Virus record (IMG/VR): IMGVR_UViG_3300032308_000833
Location: 1 to 64,000 of that record
DNA: 64,000 nucleotides
DNA from: a virus
Strand: one strand, 5' to 3'
The notes under the pieces were generated by a model. It was not told the origin of the DNA. It saw only the letters and a program-made list of their open reading frames with translations, and made no database searches. Shown here piece after piece: positions 34,358-43,470 of the stretch. Position 1 is the first letter of the stretch. Every line of letters begins with the position of its first letter. A program made the position numbers and the translations under genes.

Positions 34358-35952
34358 TGAGTGAAGAATTTAATTATGTTATTGGTGCTAGGATAGACGA
34401 AAACGAACAAGCAGTTAATGCATTTGCTAGTTCAGACCCATTTAGCAAAAACTGGGAAGAGTTAAAAAACTATTCTGGTTTGGATAATAACTTTAAACGT
34501 CGTGCAGCAAGAATGTCCAAGGCTCTAGTAGATACAACCCAACAATCTTATATTGACAGATCAATTGCAGTTCCACAAGGTATTGATGGTGCTCGCTCTA
34601 ATCAGATAAATCCTGGTAACGTATTTAGAAATGGTTATGGACTATTTGACGTAATCACACCACCATGGAATGTTTATGAACTTGCCAACTACTATGACAC
34701 ATCTTTTGCAAACCACGCTGCTATTGATGCTAAGGTTGAAAATATTGTAGGTTTGGGATATGATTTTGATATATCAAAAAGAACAATGCTCAAATTAGAG
34801 AATTCCTCAAATGACGAATCAGTAAGTCGTGCAAGAAACAGAATTGAAAGAGCAAAAGTAGAGTTACGTGATTGGCTAGAAAGTTTAAACGCAGATGACT
34901 CTTTTACCACAACAATGGAAAAGATATACACAGATGTTCAAGCAATTGGTAATGGATATATGGAAATTGGTAGAACCACTCGTGGTGAAATTGGATACGT
35001 TGGTCATATTCCAGCAACCACAATGCGTTGTCGCAGATTAAGAGATGGATACGTACAGGTTATTGCAAACAAGGTAGTTTACTTTAGAAACTTTGGTGCT
35101 ACAAATTCAAACCCAGTAACTGAAGATCGTAGACCAAACGAAATTATTCATTTTAAACAATACTCACCATTAAACACATTCTATGGTGTTCCAGACATTA
35201 TTTCAGCAATATCATCTCTACATGGTGATCAACTGGCTTCACAATACAACATTGACTACTTTGGTAACAAAGCAGTTCCAAGATACGTAGTAACCATGAA
35301 AGGTGCCAAACTATCTGCAGACGCAGAAGACAAGATGTTTAGATTTTTACAAACTGGATTAAAGGGTCAAAACCATAGAACTTTGTACATACCTCTTCCT
35401 GGAGATACAGAAAATAACAAGGTAGAGTTTAAGATGGAGCCTATTGAATCTGGAGTACAAGAGGGGTCATTTAAGGAATATAGAAAACAAAACCGTGATG
35501 ACATCTTGGTAGCACATCAAGTACCGCTTTCAAAACTAGGTGGATCAGACTCAGGAGCAATTGCAGCAGCATTGGCTCAAGATAGAACATTTAAAGAGCA
35601 GGTAGCCAGACCAGCACAGGCTCAACTAGAAAAACAAATTAATAAGATCATACGCGAGAAACAAGACGTACTAGAGTTTAAGTTTAATGAACTTACTTTG
35701 ACAGATGAAATAGCACAATCACAAATTCTTGAGAGATATGTAAAAACACAGATTATGATGCCTAATGAGGCAAGAGTGGCACTGGGTCTTCCACAAAGAG
35801 ACGGTGGAGATGAACCATTTGTAGCCAAACCAGAGACTATGAATAATGATGCCAATCGTGCAAGAGATGGCGAAAGACTTAACAATCAGTCAGATGGATC
35901 TGCAACTGTAAGTGGTAGAAATCCAAAGGGCGAGGGTAGATCTTCAACCTAG
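34357..35952 (+). CDS. Portal protein
   Basis: GNGYMEI.R, EIIHF...YGVP, F.N.A.P, HQVP, PNEAR..LGLP. Confidence 0.9.
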   Translation: MSEEFNYVIGARIDENEQAVNAFASSDPFSKNWEELKNYSGLDNNFKRRAARMSKALVDTTQQSYIDRSIAVPQGIDGARSNQINPGNVFRNGYGLFDVITPPWNVYELANYYDTSFANHAAIDAKVENIVGLGYDFDISKRTMLKLENSSNDESVSRARNRIERAKVELRDWLESLNADDSFTTTMEKIYTDVQAIGNGYMEIGRTTRGEIGYVGHIPATTMRCRRLRDGYVQVIANKVVYFRNFGATNSNPVTEDRRPNEIIHFKQYSPLNTFYGVPDIISAISSLHGDQLASQYNIDYFGNKAVPRYVVTMKGAKLSADAEDKMFRFLQTGLKGQNHRTLYIPLPGDTENNKVEFKMEPIESGVQEGSFKEYRKQNRDDILVAHQVPLSKLGGSDSGAIAAALAQDRTFKEQVARPAQAQLEKQINKIIREKQDVLEFKFNELTLTDEIAQSQILERYVKTQIMMPNEARVALGLPQRDGGDEPFVAKPETMNNDANRARDGERLNNQSDGSATVSGRNPKGEGRSST

Positions 35953-35958
35953 TTACAC

Positions 35959-35989
35959 TGTTTATAACATGTTTATAACTTGTGTATAA
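35959..35989. promoter_or_regulatory. Three DnaA-box-like 9-mers at 11-bp spacing upstream of the protease/capsid promoter
   Basis: TGTTTATAA 35959 and 35970; TGTGTATAA 35981; TATAAT 35998. Confidence 0.5.
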
Positions 35990-36013
35990 AAGGGCTCTAT
36001 AATGTATAGTACG

Positions 36014-37330
36014 ATGTCTATATTAAAAGCCCAATGGAATACTGAAGGCGAGAATGTTCGCCTATCTATGCCTTTTAGTAAGGTAGATAAAGAACGCCGC
36101 ATTGTTTCAGGCTTTGCCTCATTAGATAACTTAGATCGTCAAATGGACATTGTAACTACAGAAGCCAGCATGAAGGCATTTGAAAACTTTCGAGGTAACA
36201 TAAGAGAAATGCATCAACCATTAGCAGTAGGCAAAATGGTTTCATTTAAGCAAGACAAGTATTTTGATTCAGAGTCAAAGAAATTTTATAACGGTGTTTT
36301 TGTTTCCGCTTATGTTTCTAAAGGTGCTCAAAGCACATGGGAAAAGGTTTTGGATGGTACACTAACAGGTTTTTCTATTGGTGGCAGAATGAACAAATGG
36401 GACGACGCTTTTGATGAGAAGTTAGATTCTCAAATTAGAATTATTAAAGATTACGATCTTGTTGAATTAAGTCTTGTAGACTCTCCAGCAAATGAATTTG
36501 CAAACATTATGTCTGTTGAAAAAGTAGACGGAGTTTCAGTAATTAAAGGTGATAATACAGCCTTAGAAAATGTTTTTTGGGATTCAGAAACTGGAATTGT
36601 TATGGTTTCAGAAAATGAAAAAGAGATCAGTCCAACAACTGGTAATGAAATGAAAAATATAGGATTCGTTGAAAAAACGGATAATGAAAAAATCAATATG
36701 ATAAAGTTCTTAGTCGATAGTGCTAAAGGCATTACCACTTCTAAGATTACCAAGGAGGTAAGTCCTATGACAGAAACAACAGAAGTAGTAGCAGAGATTG
36801 TTGAAAAATCTGATATTGCAGTTGAAAATGTTGAGGTTGCTCCAGAGGCAGATGCCGTAGTTGATGCTCCTGTTACAGAAGTTGTTGCAGAAGATGCACC
36901 AGCAGCGGAAACAGTTGTGGAAGCAGAAAAAGCAGACACAGTTGAAGCAGTAGCAGAAGTTATTGAAGAAGTTGCTACAGAAGTATCTAAAGCAGACGAT
37001 GTTATTGTTGAGGCAGTAACAGAAGTTAAGAATACTCTTACATCAGCCTTTAGCGATCTACTTGCAACAGTAAAGTCTTTACAGACAGAAGTTGCAGATT
37101 TAAACAAACAAGTTGCTGACACAAAGTCACAAATTGTTAATACACAAAATGCACTAGTTGAAACAAACGGTGCAGTTAACGAGTTTGGAAAGAGAATGGA
37201 ATCAGTAGAATCTGATACCGCTTTCCGAAAGTCTGGCGATCTCGGCGAGGTCGTACAGTTACAACCAGTAATGGTTGAGAAATCCCTATGGGGCGGACGT
37301 TTCCTCAAAACAGCCGATCTATTCAGATAG
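36014..37330 (+). CDS. HK97-type prohead protease fused to an acidic scaffold-like region
   Basis: VSGFAS, REMHQ, GFSIGG, ELSLVDSPAN; Glu/Ala/Val-rich coiled-coil tail. Confidence 0.9.
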   Translation: MSILKAQWNTEGENVRLSMPFSKVDKERRIVSGFASLDNLDRQMDIVTTEASMKAFENFRGNIREMHQPLAVGKMVSFKQDKYFDSESKKFYNGVFVSAYVSKGAQSTWEKVLDGTLTGFSIGGRMNKWDDAFDEKLDSQIRIIKDYDLVELSLVDSPANEFANIMSVEKVDGVSVIKGDNTALENVFWDSETGIVMVSENEKEISPTTGNEMKNIGFVEKTDNEKINMIKFLVDSAKGITTSKITKEVSPMTETTEVVAEIVEKSDIAVENVEVAPEADAVVDAPVTEVVAEDAPAAETVVEAEKADTVEAVAEVIEEVATEVSKADDVIVEAVTEVKNTLTSAFSDLLATVKSLQTEVADLNKQVADTKSQIVNTQNALVETNGAVNEFGKRMESVESDTAFRKSGDLGEVVQLQPVMVEKSLWGGRFLKTADLFR

Positions 37331-37354
37331 AAAAATCACGTGGAGGTGAAATAT

Positions 37355-38503
37355 ATGTCGGAAGAAATAATTAAAAATCAGCCAGGAACATCAGGCGATC
37401 TAGGTGGAACACAACCTGGAACGTTTCAAGCACAAGGTGCATTCGCATCTGGTTCTGATGCTGGTGAAAACGTAGCAGGCAACTATGCAAACGGTGGTGT
37501 TATAGGTAACATCGCAGAAGCATCATTTGGCTCTACATCAGGAGTTAACGCAGTAAATCCTTCAGGTGATACTGGAAGCGGTATCTTACGCCCTGAACAA
37601 GCACGTCGTTTTATAGACTATGTGTGGGACGCAACTGTATTGGCCAAAGATGGTCGCAGAGTGACCATGAAAGCAAACACAATGGAACTTGAAAAAGTTA
37701 ACGTTGGAGAACGTGTAATCCGTGCAGCCTCACAAGGCTTAGGCGAATACACAAACGCTGGTGCAACATTCTCAAAAGTTGAATTAACTACAAAGAAAAT
37801 TCGCTTAGACTGGGAAGTATCATCAGAAGCACTTGAAGACAATATTGAAGGTGCAGCATTGGAAGATCATATCGTAAGATTGATGACCAACGCATTCGGT
37901 AATGATATCGAAGACCTTGCAATTAACGGAACAGGTACAGGTTCAAATGCTTTCACTAGCATCATGAACGGTTTCGTAAATCAAGTAACAGCGAACAACT
38001 CAGCATCTCACGAAGCAGTTGCCAACGTTGTATCAAATGCTTGGACAACAAACGTATTGCAAGACATAATTCTTGCAATGCCACGTAAGTACCGTGCACT
38101 TAAGAATAATCTTAAGTTCTACGCAGGTACAGACGTTTTCCAAGGTATTGTTAAAAACAATGGTACTCTTGCCGATGCTATTGCCGAAGCCTTTGTAAAT
38201 AAAGGTCCAGGTACAGAAGCAAATCGTCAAGCATACCTTGATGGTAACGCACAAACATTCGGAGGAGCACGTACAACACGTGTACTCGGAATTGATGTTC
38301 AAGAAGTTCCTTACTACCCTGCAGGATATGTCGATTTGACATTCCCTGCTAACCGTGTATGGGGTTTCCAACGAGACATCACAGTTAACCGTGAATACAA
38401 ACCTAAGAAAGATACTGTAGAATATACAGTTTTCGTTCGTTTTGGTATTCAATGGGAAGAACTAGACGCAGTCGCATTTGCGGATGCAGCAGCAGAAGCA
38501 TAA
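37355..38503 (+). CDS. Major capsid protein (HK97 fold)
   Basis: GILRPEQARRFID, EALEDNIEG, DLAINGTG; GGAGGTG SD; terminator follows. Confidence 0.9.
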   Translation: MSEEIIKNQPGTSGDLGGTQPGTFQAQGAFASGSDAGENVAGNYANGGVIGNIAEASFGSTSGVNAVNPSGDTGSGILRPEQARRFIDYVWDATVLAKDGRRVTMKANTMELEKVNVGERVIRAASQGLGEYTNAGATFSKVELTTKKIRLDWEVSSEALEDNIEGAALEDHIVRLMTNAFGNDIEDLAINGTGTGSNAFTSIMNGFVNQVTANNSASHEAVANVVSNAWTTNVLQDIILAMPRKYRALKNNLKFYAGTDVFQGIVKNNGTLADAIAEAFVNKGPGTEANRQAYLDGNAQTFGGARTTRVLGIDVQEVPYYPAGYVDLTFPANRVWGFQRDITVNREYKPKKDTVEYTVFVRFGIQWEELDAVAFADAAAEA

Positions 38504-38520
38504 TCTGTAGCACAATTTTA

Positions 38521-38551
38521 AGGGGAGTAGGATTAATTTCTTACTCCCTTT
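38521..38551 (+). terminator. Intrinsic terminator after the capsid gene
   Basis: GGGAGTAGGA/TCTTACTCCC stem plus T run. Confidence 0.75.
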
Positions 38552-38591
38552 AATATTTAATTAAATGATATAATAATACGAGGAGGAATAT

Positions 38592-39032
38592 ATGTCAGAA
38601 TTAGACAACGATTTAAATTTACAAACACCAGAAACAGTTGAAGAAAATGTTATTCAAGACGCAATTGTTGAAGATGTTGTAGAAGAAGTTATAGAAGAAA
38701 TCCAACCAGCATTGTTAGCCCCAGGCGAAGCATTAATTCCAGAAGACAAAAAAGAAGCAGTTGAAGACCTTGTTGAGGGACTTGCTCCATTATCAACTGG
38801 TGCTATTGGTGTTGGAAAGCAACCAAGAACTAAAAAAGAAAAACCTGCTGAACCTAAACAAGGTAAAGAAAAAGTTGCCATTAAGTCAACTAAGAACGTA
38901 TCCTGGATGGGTGTAGGCCAAGTAAAAGTTGGTATCAACTACGTATCTGCAGAGCAAGCAAAAGAATGGTCAAAACGTAATCATATTACAATTTTGAAAC
39001 CAGAAGACGTTGCAAAGGAATACGGCTTATAA
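38592..39032 (+). CDS. Hypothetical head-associated protein
   Basis: Acidic N-terminus; own promoter and GGAGG SD. Confidence 0.65.
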   Translation: MSELDNDLNLQTPETVEENVIQDAIVEDVVEEVIEEIQPALLAPGEALIPEDKKEAVEDLVEGLAPLSTGAIGVGKQPRTKKEKPAEPKQGKEKVAIKSTKNVSWMGVGQVKVGINYVSAEQAKEWSKRNHITILKPEDVAKEYGL

Positions 39033-39035
39033 ACA

Positions 39036-39947
39036 ATGGAAGCATTAAGGGTTCCACCATACCCACTAACACTAAAGTTTGATGTCCCAACAAGTGGAGA
39101 TATCTACACTCTTAGATTACAGGATTTGGTGGAACACTTTGTTGAAGAATCAAATATAACTTCAGCAAACTTACAAATAACATATGTAATACCATTATCA
39201 AAAATAGAATTTGACAGAAAATATGAAGTTAAGATTTTAAATTCAGATGAAGAAGTAGTGTTTGAAGATAATTTAGACATAGTAAGACCATATACTGACC
39301 CTAATAAACTTGGAACTACCGCTTCAGAAATAACAGAAGCAAAATATAACGAACTTATTGCAAGATCAATTATTGACTCATTCGTTGTTGATGGTTTTTA
39401 TAATCAAAAAGTTATTGTTCAAACAGTTGGAGAAGGATTAGATTATATACCTTTGTGGGTAAATGCTTACAAGGTATTGAGAGTTTATGAAAACGATGTT
39501 TTAATTTTTGATGTTGATGAAGAAACAAACGATAGATATTTTAAATTATCATTAGATAACTCTGCTGTACAAGAATATATTCCCAATTCAACAGAATCAT
39601 TAAATAGATTAGAAAAAACGCTACCAAATCTTCCAGTATCGTACGGTGATTTAGGTTATTATGGTTGGGACACTGTTACTTTTCCTACAGGATATGACTA
39701 TACATTAGTTCTAGATGCTGGATATAAAACAGTTCCATCAGATATTCAAGCAGCAACAGAAATGTTAATTAATGATATTAAATGTGGAAGACTTGATCAA
39801 TATAAAAGATATGTTGAAGAATATCAAACAGACCAGTACAAGGTTAAGTTTAATGCTAGTAAATTATTTAGCGGTACAGGTAATATTATAGTTGATCAAA
39901 TACTATCAAAATATACTAAGAACATTACTAGACTAGGAATACTATGA
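39036..39947 (+). CDS. Head-to-tail adaptor
   Basis: ARSIID, GY.TVPSDI..A, TGN..VD.IL.KY; position. Confidence 0.7.
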   Translation: MEALRVPPYPLTLKFDVPTSGDIYTLRLQDLVEHFVEESNITSANLQITYVIPLSKIEFDRKYEVKILNSDEEVVFEDNLDIVRPYTDPNKLGTTASEITEAKYNELIARSIIDSFVVDGFYNQKVIVQTVGEGLDYIPLWVNAYKVLRVYENDVLIFDVDEETNDRYFKLSLDNSAVQEYIPNSTESLNRLEKTLPNLPVSYGDLGYYGWDTVTFPTGYDYTLVLDAGYKTVPSDIQAATEMLINDIKCGRLDQYKRYVEEYQTDQYKVKFNASKLFSGTGNIIVDQILSKYTKNITRLGIL

Positions 39948-40393
39948 CATGTTTAGACGACAACTTTTTATATCCTATGACAGCAGAAGTGTATTATTCA
40001 TCAGTTGAGCAAGGTCAGTACGGTAATATTAAAAAGCAATGGTCAAAATTTAAAGATATAAAATGTTACTTTGCATCTGGCAACCTTAGAAATAAAGAAG
40101 AGCAACAAGTACAAAATGTAGCAATTGTTTTTGACACAGTTTTGAGCGGTAGAGTTCCAACAGATATTAGATTTGATGATATGAATGGTGGAATTGCATT
40201 AACTAATCTTATTATAACAAATATATCAGATGGAGAAGGTAACCCTATATATGTTGAAACAGGTGGGGTTCGTGCTGGTAAATCAAGTCTTTTTGAAATT
40301 GCGACACTAAGCCCATACTCTGGTTTGTTTGGAAAAACAGAATACTATAAAATTGTAATTAAAAGGTCTGATAGTCAGGCGATAGATTTATGA
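39944..40393 (+). CDS. Head closure / stopper protein
   Basis: Position, size, YG...K.W motif. Confidence 0.6.
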   Translation: MTCLDDNFLYPMTAEVYYSSVEQGQYGNIKKQWSKFKDIKCYFASGNLRNKEEQQVQNVAIVFDTVLSGRVPTDIRFDDMNGGIALTNLIITNISDGEGNPIYVETGGVRAGKSSLFEIATLSPYSGLFGKTEYYKIVIKRSDSQAIDL

Positions 40394-41058
40394 TAAGATT
40401 TGATACAAGACAGTTTAAAAAAGATATGGACAATATTGTAAAATACTCTATGGGATTTTTAGAAGGAGTTGAGGGTGGCAAAAAGTTATTTTTAAATAAT
40501 CTTGGAAAACAAACTATAGAGGTTTTAAAACAATTTGTTGACACAAACGCTAGGATAGATCCAGCAGCATTGCAACATGTTTATGAGTGGTATAAATCTG
40601 GAAGTCCAGAATCAAGATTATTTGATATACAATATACTGTTAGTGGATTAGGATTATCAGTAATGTCAACATTTACACAATCATCTCAAGTAAGAAATGG
40701 ATCCACAGAACCTTTTTATAACAAAGCAAGAATAATGGAAAAGGGTGTGCCAGTTGTAATCAAACCTAAAAAATCACCTGTGCTGGTTTTTGAACAAGAT
40801 GGAGAAACAGTGTTTACTAGAAATGCAGTTACCGTAAACAGTCCTGGTGGAGAAGATGCACAAGGTAGTTTTGAGTCAATCATAGATATGTTTTTTCTAC
40901 AATATTTTAAACAATCATTTTTAAAAGCATCTGGTCTATATGATTATATAAAAAGACCACAAGTATTTAAAACTAATATGGCAGCAGGAAAACGTAGTGG
41001 TAAAGGTGTCGGATATTCAACTGGATATAAATGGATTTCTAATGCGGTGATTGCATAA
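40390..41058 (+). CDS. Neck / tail-completion protein
   Basis: Position; ARIMEKG motif. Confidence 0.55.
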   Translation: MIRFDTRQFKKDMDNIVKYSMGFLEGVEGGKKLFLNNLGKQTIEVLKQFVDTNARIDPAALQHVYEWYKSGSPESRLFDIQYTVSGLGLSVMSTFTQSSQVRNGSTEPFYNKARIMEKGVPVVIKPKKSPVLVFEQDGETVFTRNAVTVNSPGGEDAQGSFESIIDMFFLQYFKQSFLKASGLYDYIKRPQVFKTNMAAGKRSGKGVGYSTGYKWISNAVIA

Positions 41059-41591
41059 TGGCTGCCACAATACATCATCCACCTTCACTAATTAATGCTT
41101 ATTTACAAAATAAGATTAGTGAGTTTTTTGGTCAAGATTTTACTATACCGTTTTTTCCTACTAGCCCAACAGACATTGCTGCTCTGACTGAATCATTTCC
41201 AAACTCTGAAGGAACATTTGCAGTATATGACAGAATGTTTAGAATGAATAGAAAGACATTTCCTCACATATATTGTGAACAAATAATGTACTATTTTTAT
41301 AACTTTGGTGACGACGCAGTTGAAAGAACAATCATTATAAGTCAAAAAATTCAAGATCTCTTAAACGCACTGGATGAGTCTGCAGTTGATATAAATAAAT
41401 GGATAAGGGATAACCAAGAAACAGAAATCCCTGGCCCAAACATAGCACTTAAGGATATGTCCCTTCCTCTATATTTTCACACCTTTAAAACCTACCAACT
41501 TCAAGAGACTAGAGACATCATAGACTTTGGAACAGCCAGAACCTTTGCGGGAAACAAGATTATCTTAGATTATGACTGGCACAAGGGTTAA
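41058..41591 (+). CDS. Putative tail terminator
   Basis: Position immediately before the tail tube gene. Confidence 0.5.
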   Translation: MAATIHHPPSLINAYLQNKISEFFGQDFTIPFFPTSPTDIAALTESFPNSEGTFAVYDRMFRMNRKTFPHIYCEQIMYYFYNFGDDAVERTIIISQKIQDLLNALDESAVDINKWIRDNQETEIPGPNIALKDMSLPLYFHTFKTYQLQETRDIIDFGTARTFAGNKIILDYDWHKG

Positions 41592-41673
41592 CAAAATGGT
41601 GTTATACTTGACCTTGAGGAAACATCGCTTTACAACTAAATAAGAAAACCCTTTACAAGGAGAGGTGAAATAA

Positions 41674-42324
41674 ATGGCATATTCTCGTGGATCGTCCAAC
41701 AACATTATCGTTGGTGCAGCCGCACTGTTTACATATAATGACGGTGCTTTAGCACAAGCAATCGGTACTGCAGGTGGACCACTACCAGCATTTGAAGCAG
41801 CAACATCATACAAAGATACTTTGGCTGATGACGTTGACTTCACAAACGTAGGTTATACCAGCAATGGTATCGAACTTACATTCCAACCGTCTTTCGGTGA
41901 AGTTCAAGTTGATCAAGTTCTTGACGTTGCTCGTCTTTTCAAAGACGGCATGCAAGTATCTTTGGCAACATCATTTGCAGAAGCAACACTAGAAAACCTT
42001 CTAGTGGCAGTAGCAGCAAACGTAAATGATTTGGACGACTTAGCAACATCAACAGGTATTGGATCAGGAAGCCAAAGTTTCGACATCAACTCAGGTGAAT
42101 TAGGCGACGTTCCTCTAGAACGTGGTATAGTAGCCGTTGGTCCAGGAACTGGTGACCCATCAGTAGATAAGGAACGTATCTATATTGGATACCGTGCTTT
42201 GTCAATCGAAAACGTAGTAGCATCAGCAAAACGTGATGCAGCATCTATGTTTGACGTAACTTTCCGTATGTTGCCGTTAGATGACGGTATGTATGGTAAG
42301 ATTGTTGATCGTACAATTGCTTAG
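41674..42324 (+). CDS. Major tail (tube) protein
   Basis: NIIVGAA, VGYTSNG, VDQ, FAEATLENL; strong SD; terminator follows. Confidence 0.85.
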   Translation: MAYSRGSSNNIIVGAAALFTYNDGALAQAIGTAGGPLPAFEAATSYKDTLADDVDFTNVGYTSNGIELTFQPSFGEVQVDQVLDVARLFKDGMQVSLATSFAEATLENLLVAVAANVNDLDDLATSTGIGSGSQSFDINSGELGDVPLERGIVAVGPGTGDPSVDKERIYIGYRALSIENVVASAKRDAASMFDVTFRMLPLDDGMYGKIVDRTIA

Positions 42325-42343
42325 TAAGTAATTTTACAAGATT

Positions 42344-42370
42344 AGCCCACCCATAAAACGGTGGGCTTTT
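42344..42370 (+). terminator. Intrinsic terminator after the tail tube gene
   Basis: AGCCCACC/GGTGGGCT stem plus TTT. Confidence 0.75.
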
Positions 42371-42390
42371 CTATTTGATATAATGGTTTA

Positions 42391-43074
42391 ATGGCCACAA
42401 AAGTTTATGAAGAAAATGTTATAGAATTAATCGACGGTACAGAAATAACAGTTGGCCCATCAAAAATAAAATATCTAAGAGGTATATTAGACAGTTTTAA
42501 TAAAATAAATAAAGATAGCACAGAAGATGAAGCCATAGAGATGATGGTTGAGTCTGTTAGAATTGCAATGCAAGAGTTTTATCCATCTATTTCTGATTCA
42601 GTAGAACTGATAGAAGATAACTTAGATATAAAAACAGTATATAAGGTTTTGGAATATTGTGCTGGAATAAAGATAAATATCGACCAAGAAGAGACTGTTG
42701 AGAATCAAGCAAAGTCTCAAAGCGATGGATCAAACTGGCAAGACCTAGATCTTGTAAAGTTAGAGTCTGAGGCTTTTTTAATAGGTGCTTGGAAGAACTT
42801 TGACGATTTAGAAAACTCTATATCAATGCCAGAATTAATATCTTTATTAGAAGTAAAAAGAGAATTAGATTATGGTGATAAAAAATTTGCGGCGGCAATG
42901 CAAGGAGTAGATCTTGATAAAGACAAAAATGATAATGCCTGGGAAGATATGAAAAAAAGAGTATTATATAAAGGAAAAGATGCAAATGATATAACAAACC
43001 TTCGTGGAGCAAGAGCCCAGAAAGCAGGGTTTGGCATTGGAAATGGTTTGGGGTATGAAGAGGTTGTTGGTTAA
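42391..43074 (+). CDS. Tail assembly chaperone, long (GT-like) form
   Basis: N-terminal ~95 aa homologous to the whole 43125 product; C-terminal extension; lies between tube and TMP genes. Confidence 0.7.
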   Translation: MATKVYEENVIELIDGTEITVGPSKIKYLRGILDSFNKINKDSTEDEAIEMMVESVRIAMQEFYPSISDSVELIEDNLDIKTVYKVLEYCAGIKINIDQEETVENQAKSQSDGSNWQDLDLVKLESEAFLIGAWKNFDDLENSISMPELISLLEVKRELDYGDKKFAAAMQGVDLDKDKNDNAWEDMKKRVLYKGKDANDITNLRGARAQKAGFGIGNGLGYEEVVG

Positions 43075-43124
43075 AATATAGGTCCTCTGTGATATAATTA
43101 AGGTTAACCTTATAAGGAGGAAAA

Positions 43125-43445
43125 ATGGCAACTACTGTTAACGAAGAAAAAACAGTTACGCTTATTGACGGCACAAAAATCAAAGTAAGACCACTGAAAA
43201 TTTCTCTCCTACGTCCTTTCATGAAGAAATTCGAAGGTGTAGCAGCGGTCGCAGAAGATAACGAAAAATCAATGAACATATTAATGGAATGTATTCAAAT
43301 TGCAATGAAACAATACAAACCAGAACTTGCAGAAGACTTAGCAGCGTTAGAAGAAAATATGGATCTTCCAACGGTATATCAGATTATAGAAGAAGCATCT
43401 GGAGTTAAATTAGCAGATGCAGCACTTCTTAATAATCTACCATAA
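43125..43445 (+). CDS. Tail assembly chaperone, short (G-like) form
   Basis: Position; paralogy with 42391; TAAGGAGG SD. Confidence 0.75.
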   Translation: MATTVNEEKTVTLIDGTKIKVRPLKISLLRPFMKKFEGVAAVAEDNEKSMNILMECIQIAMKQYKPELAEDLAALEENMDLPTVYQIIEEASGVKLADAALLNNLP

Positions 43446-43470
43446 AAACTAAATAAAGAGGTACTAATGA

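Noticed and set aside
36451-37308. 285-aa minus-strand ORF and the many other antisense ORFs in the track
   Set aside because: Shadows of biased codon usage in well-supported opposite-strand genes; no SD or promoter, and low-complexity Ser/Thr products
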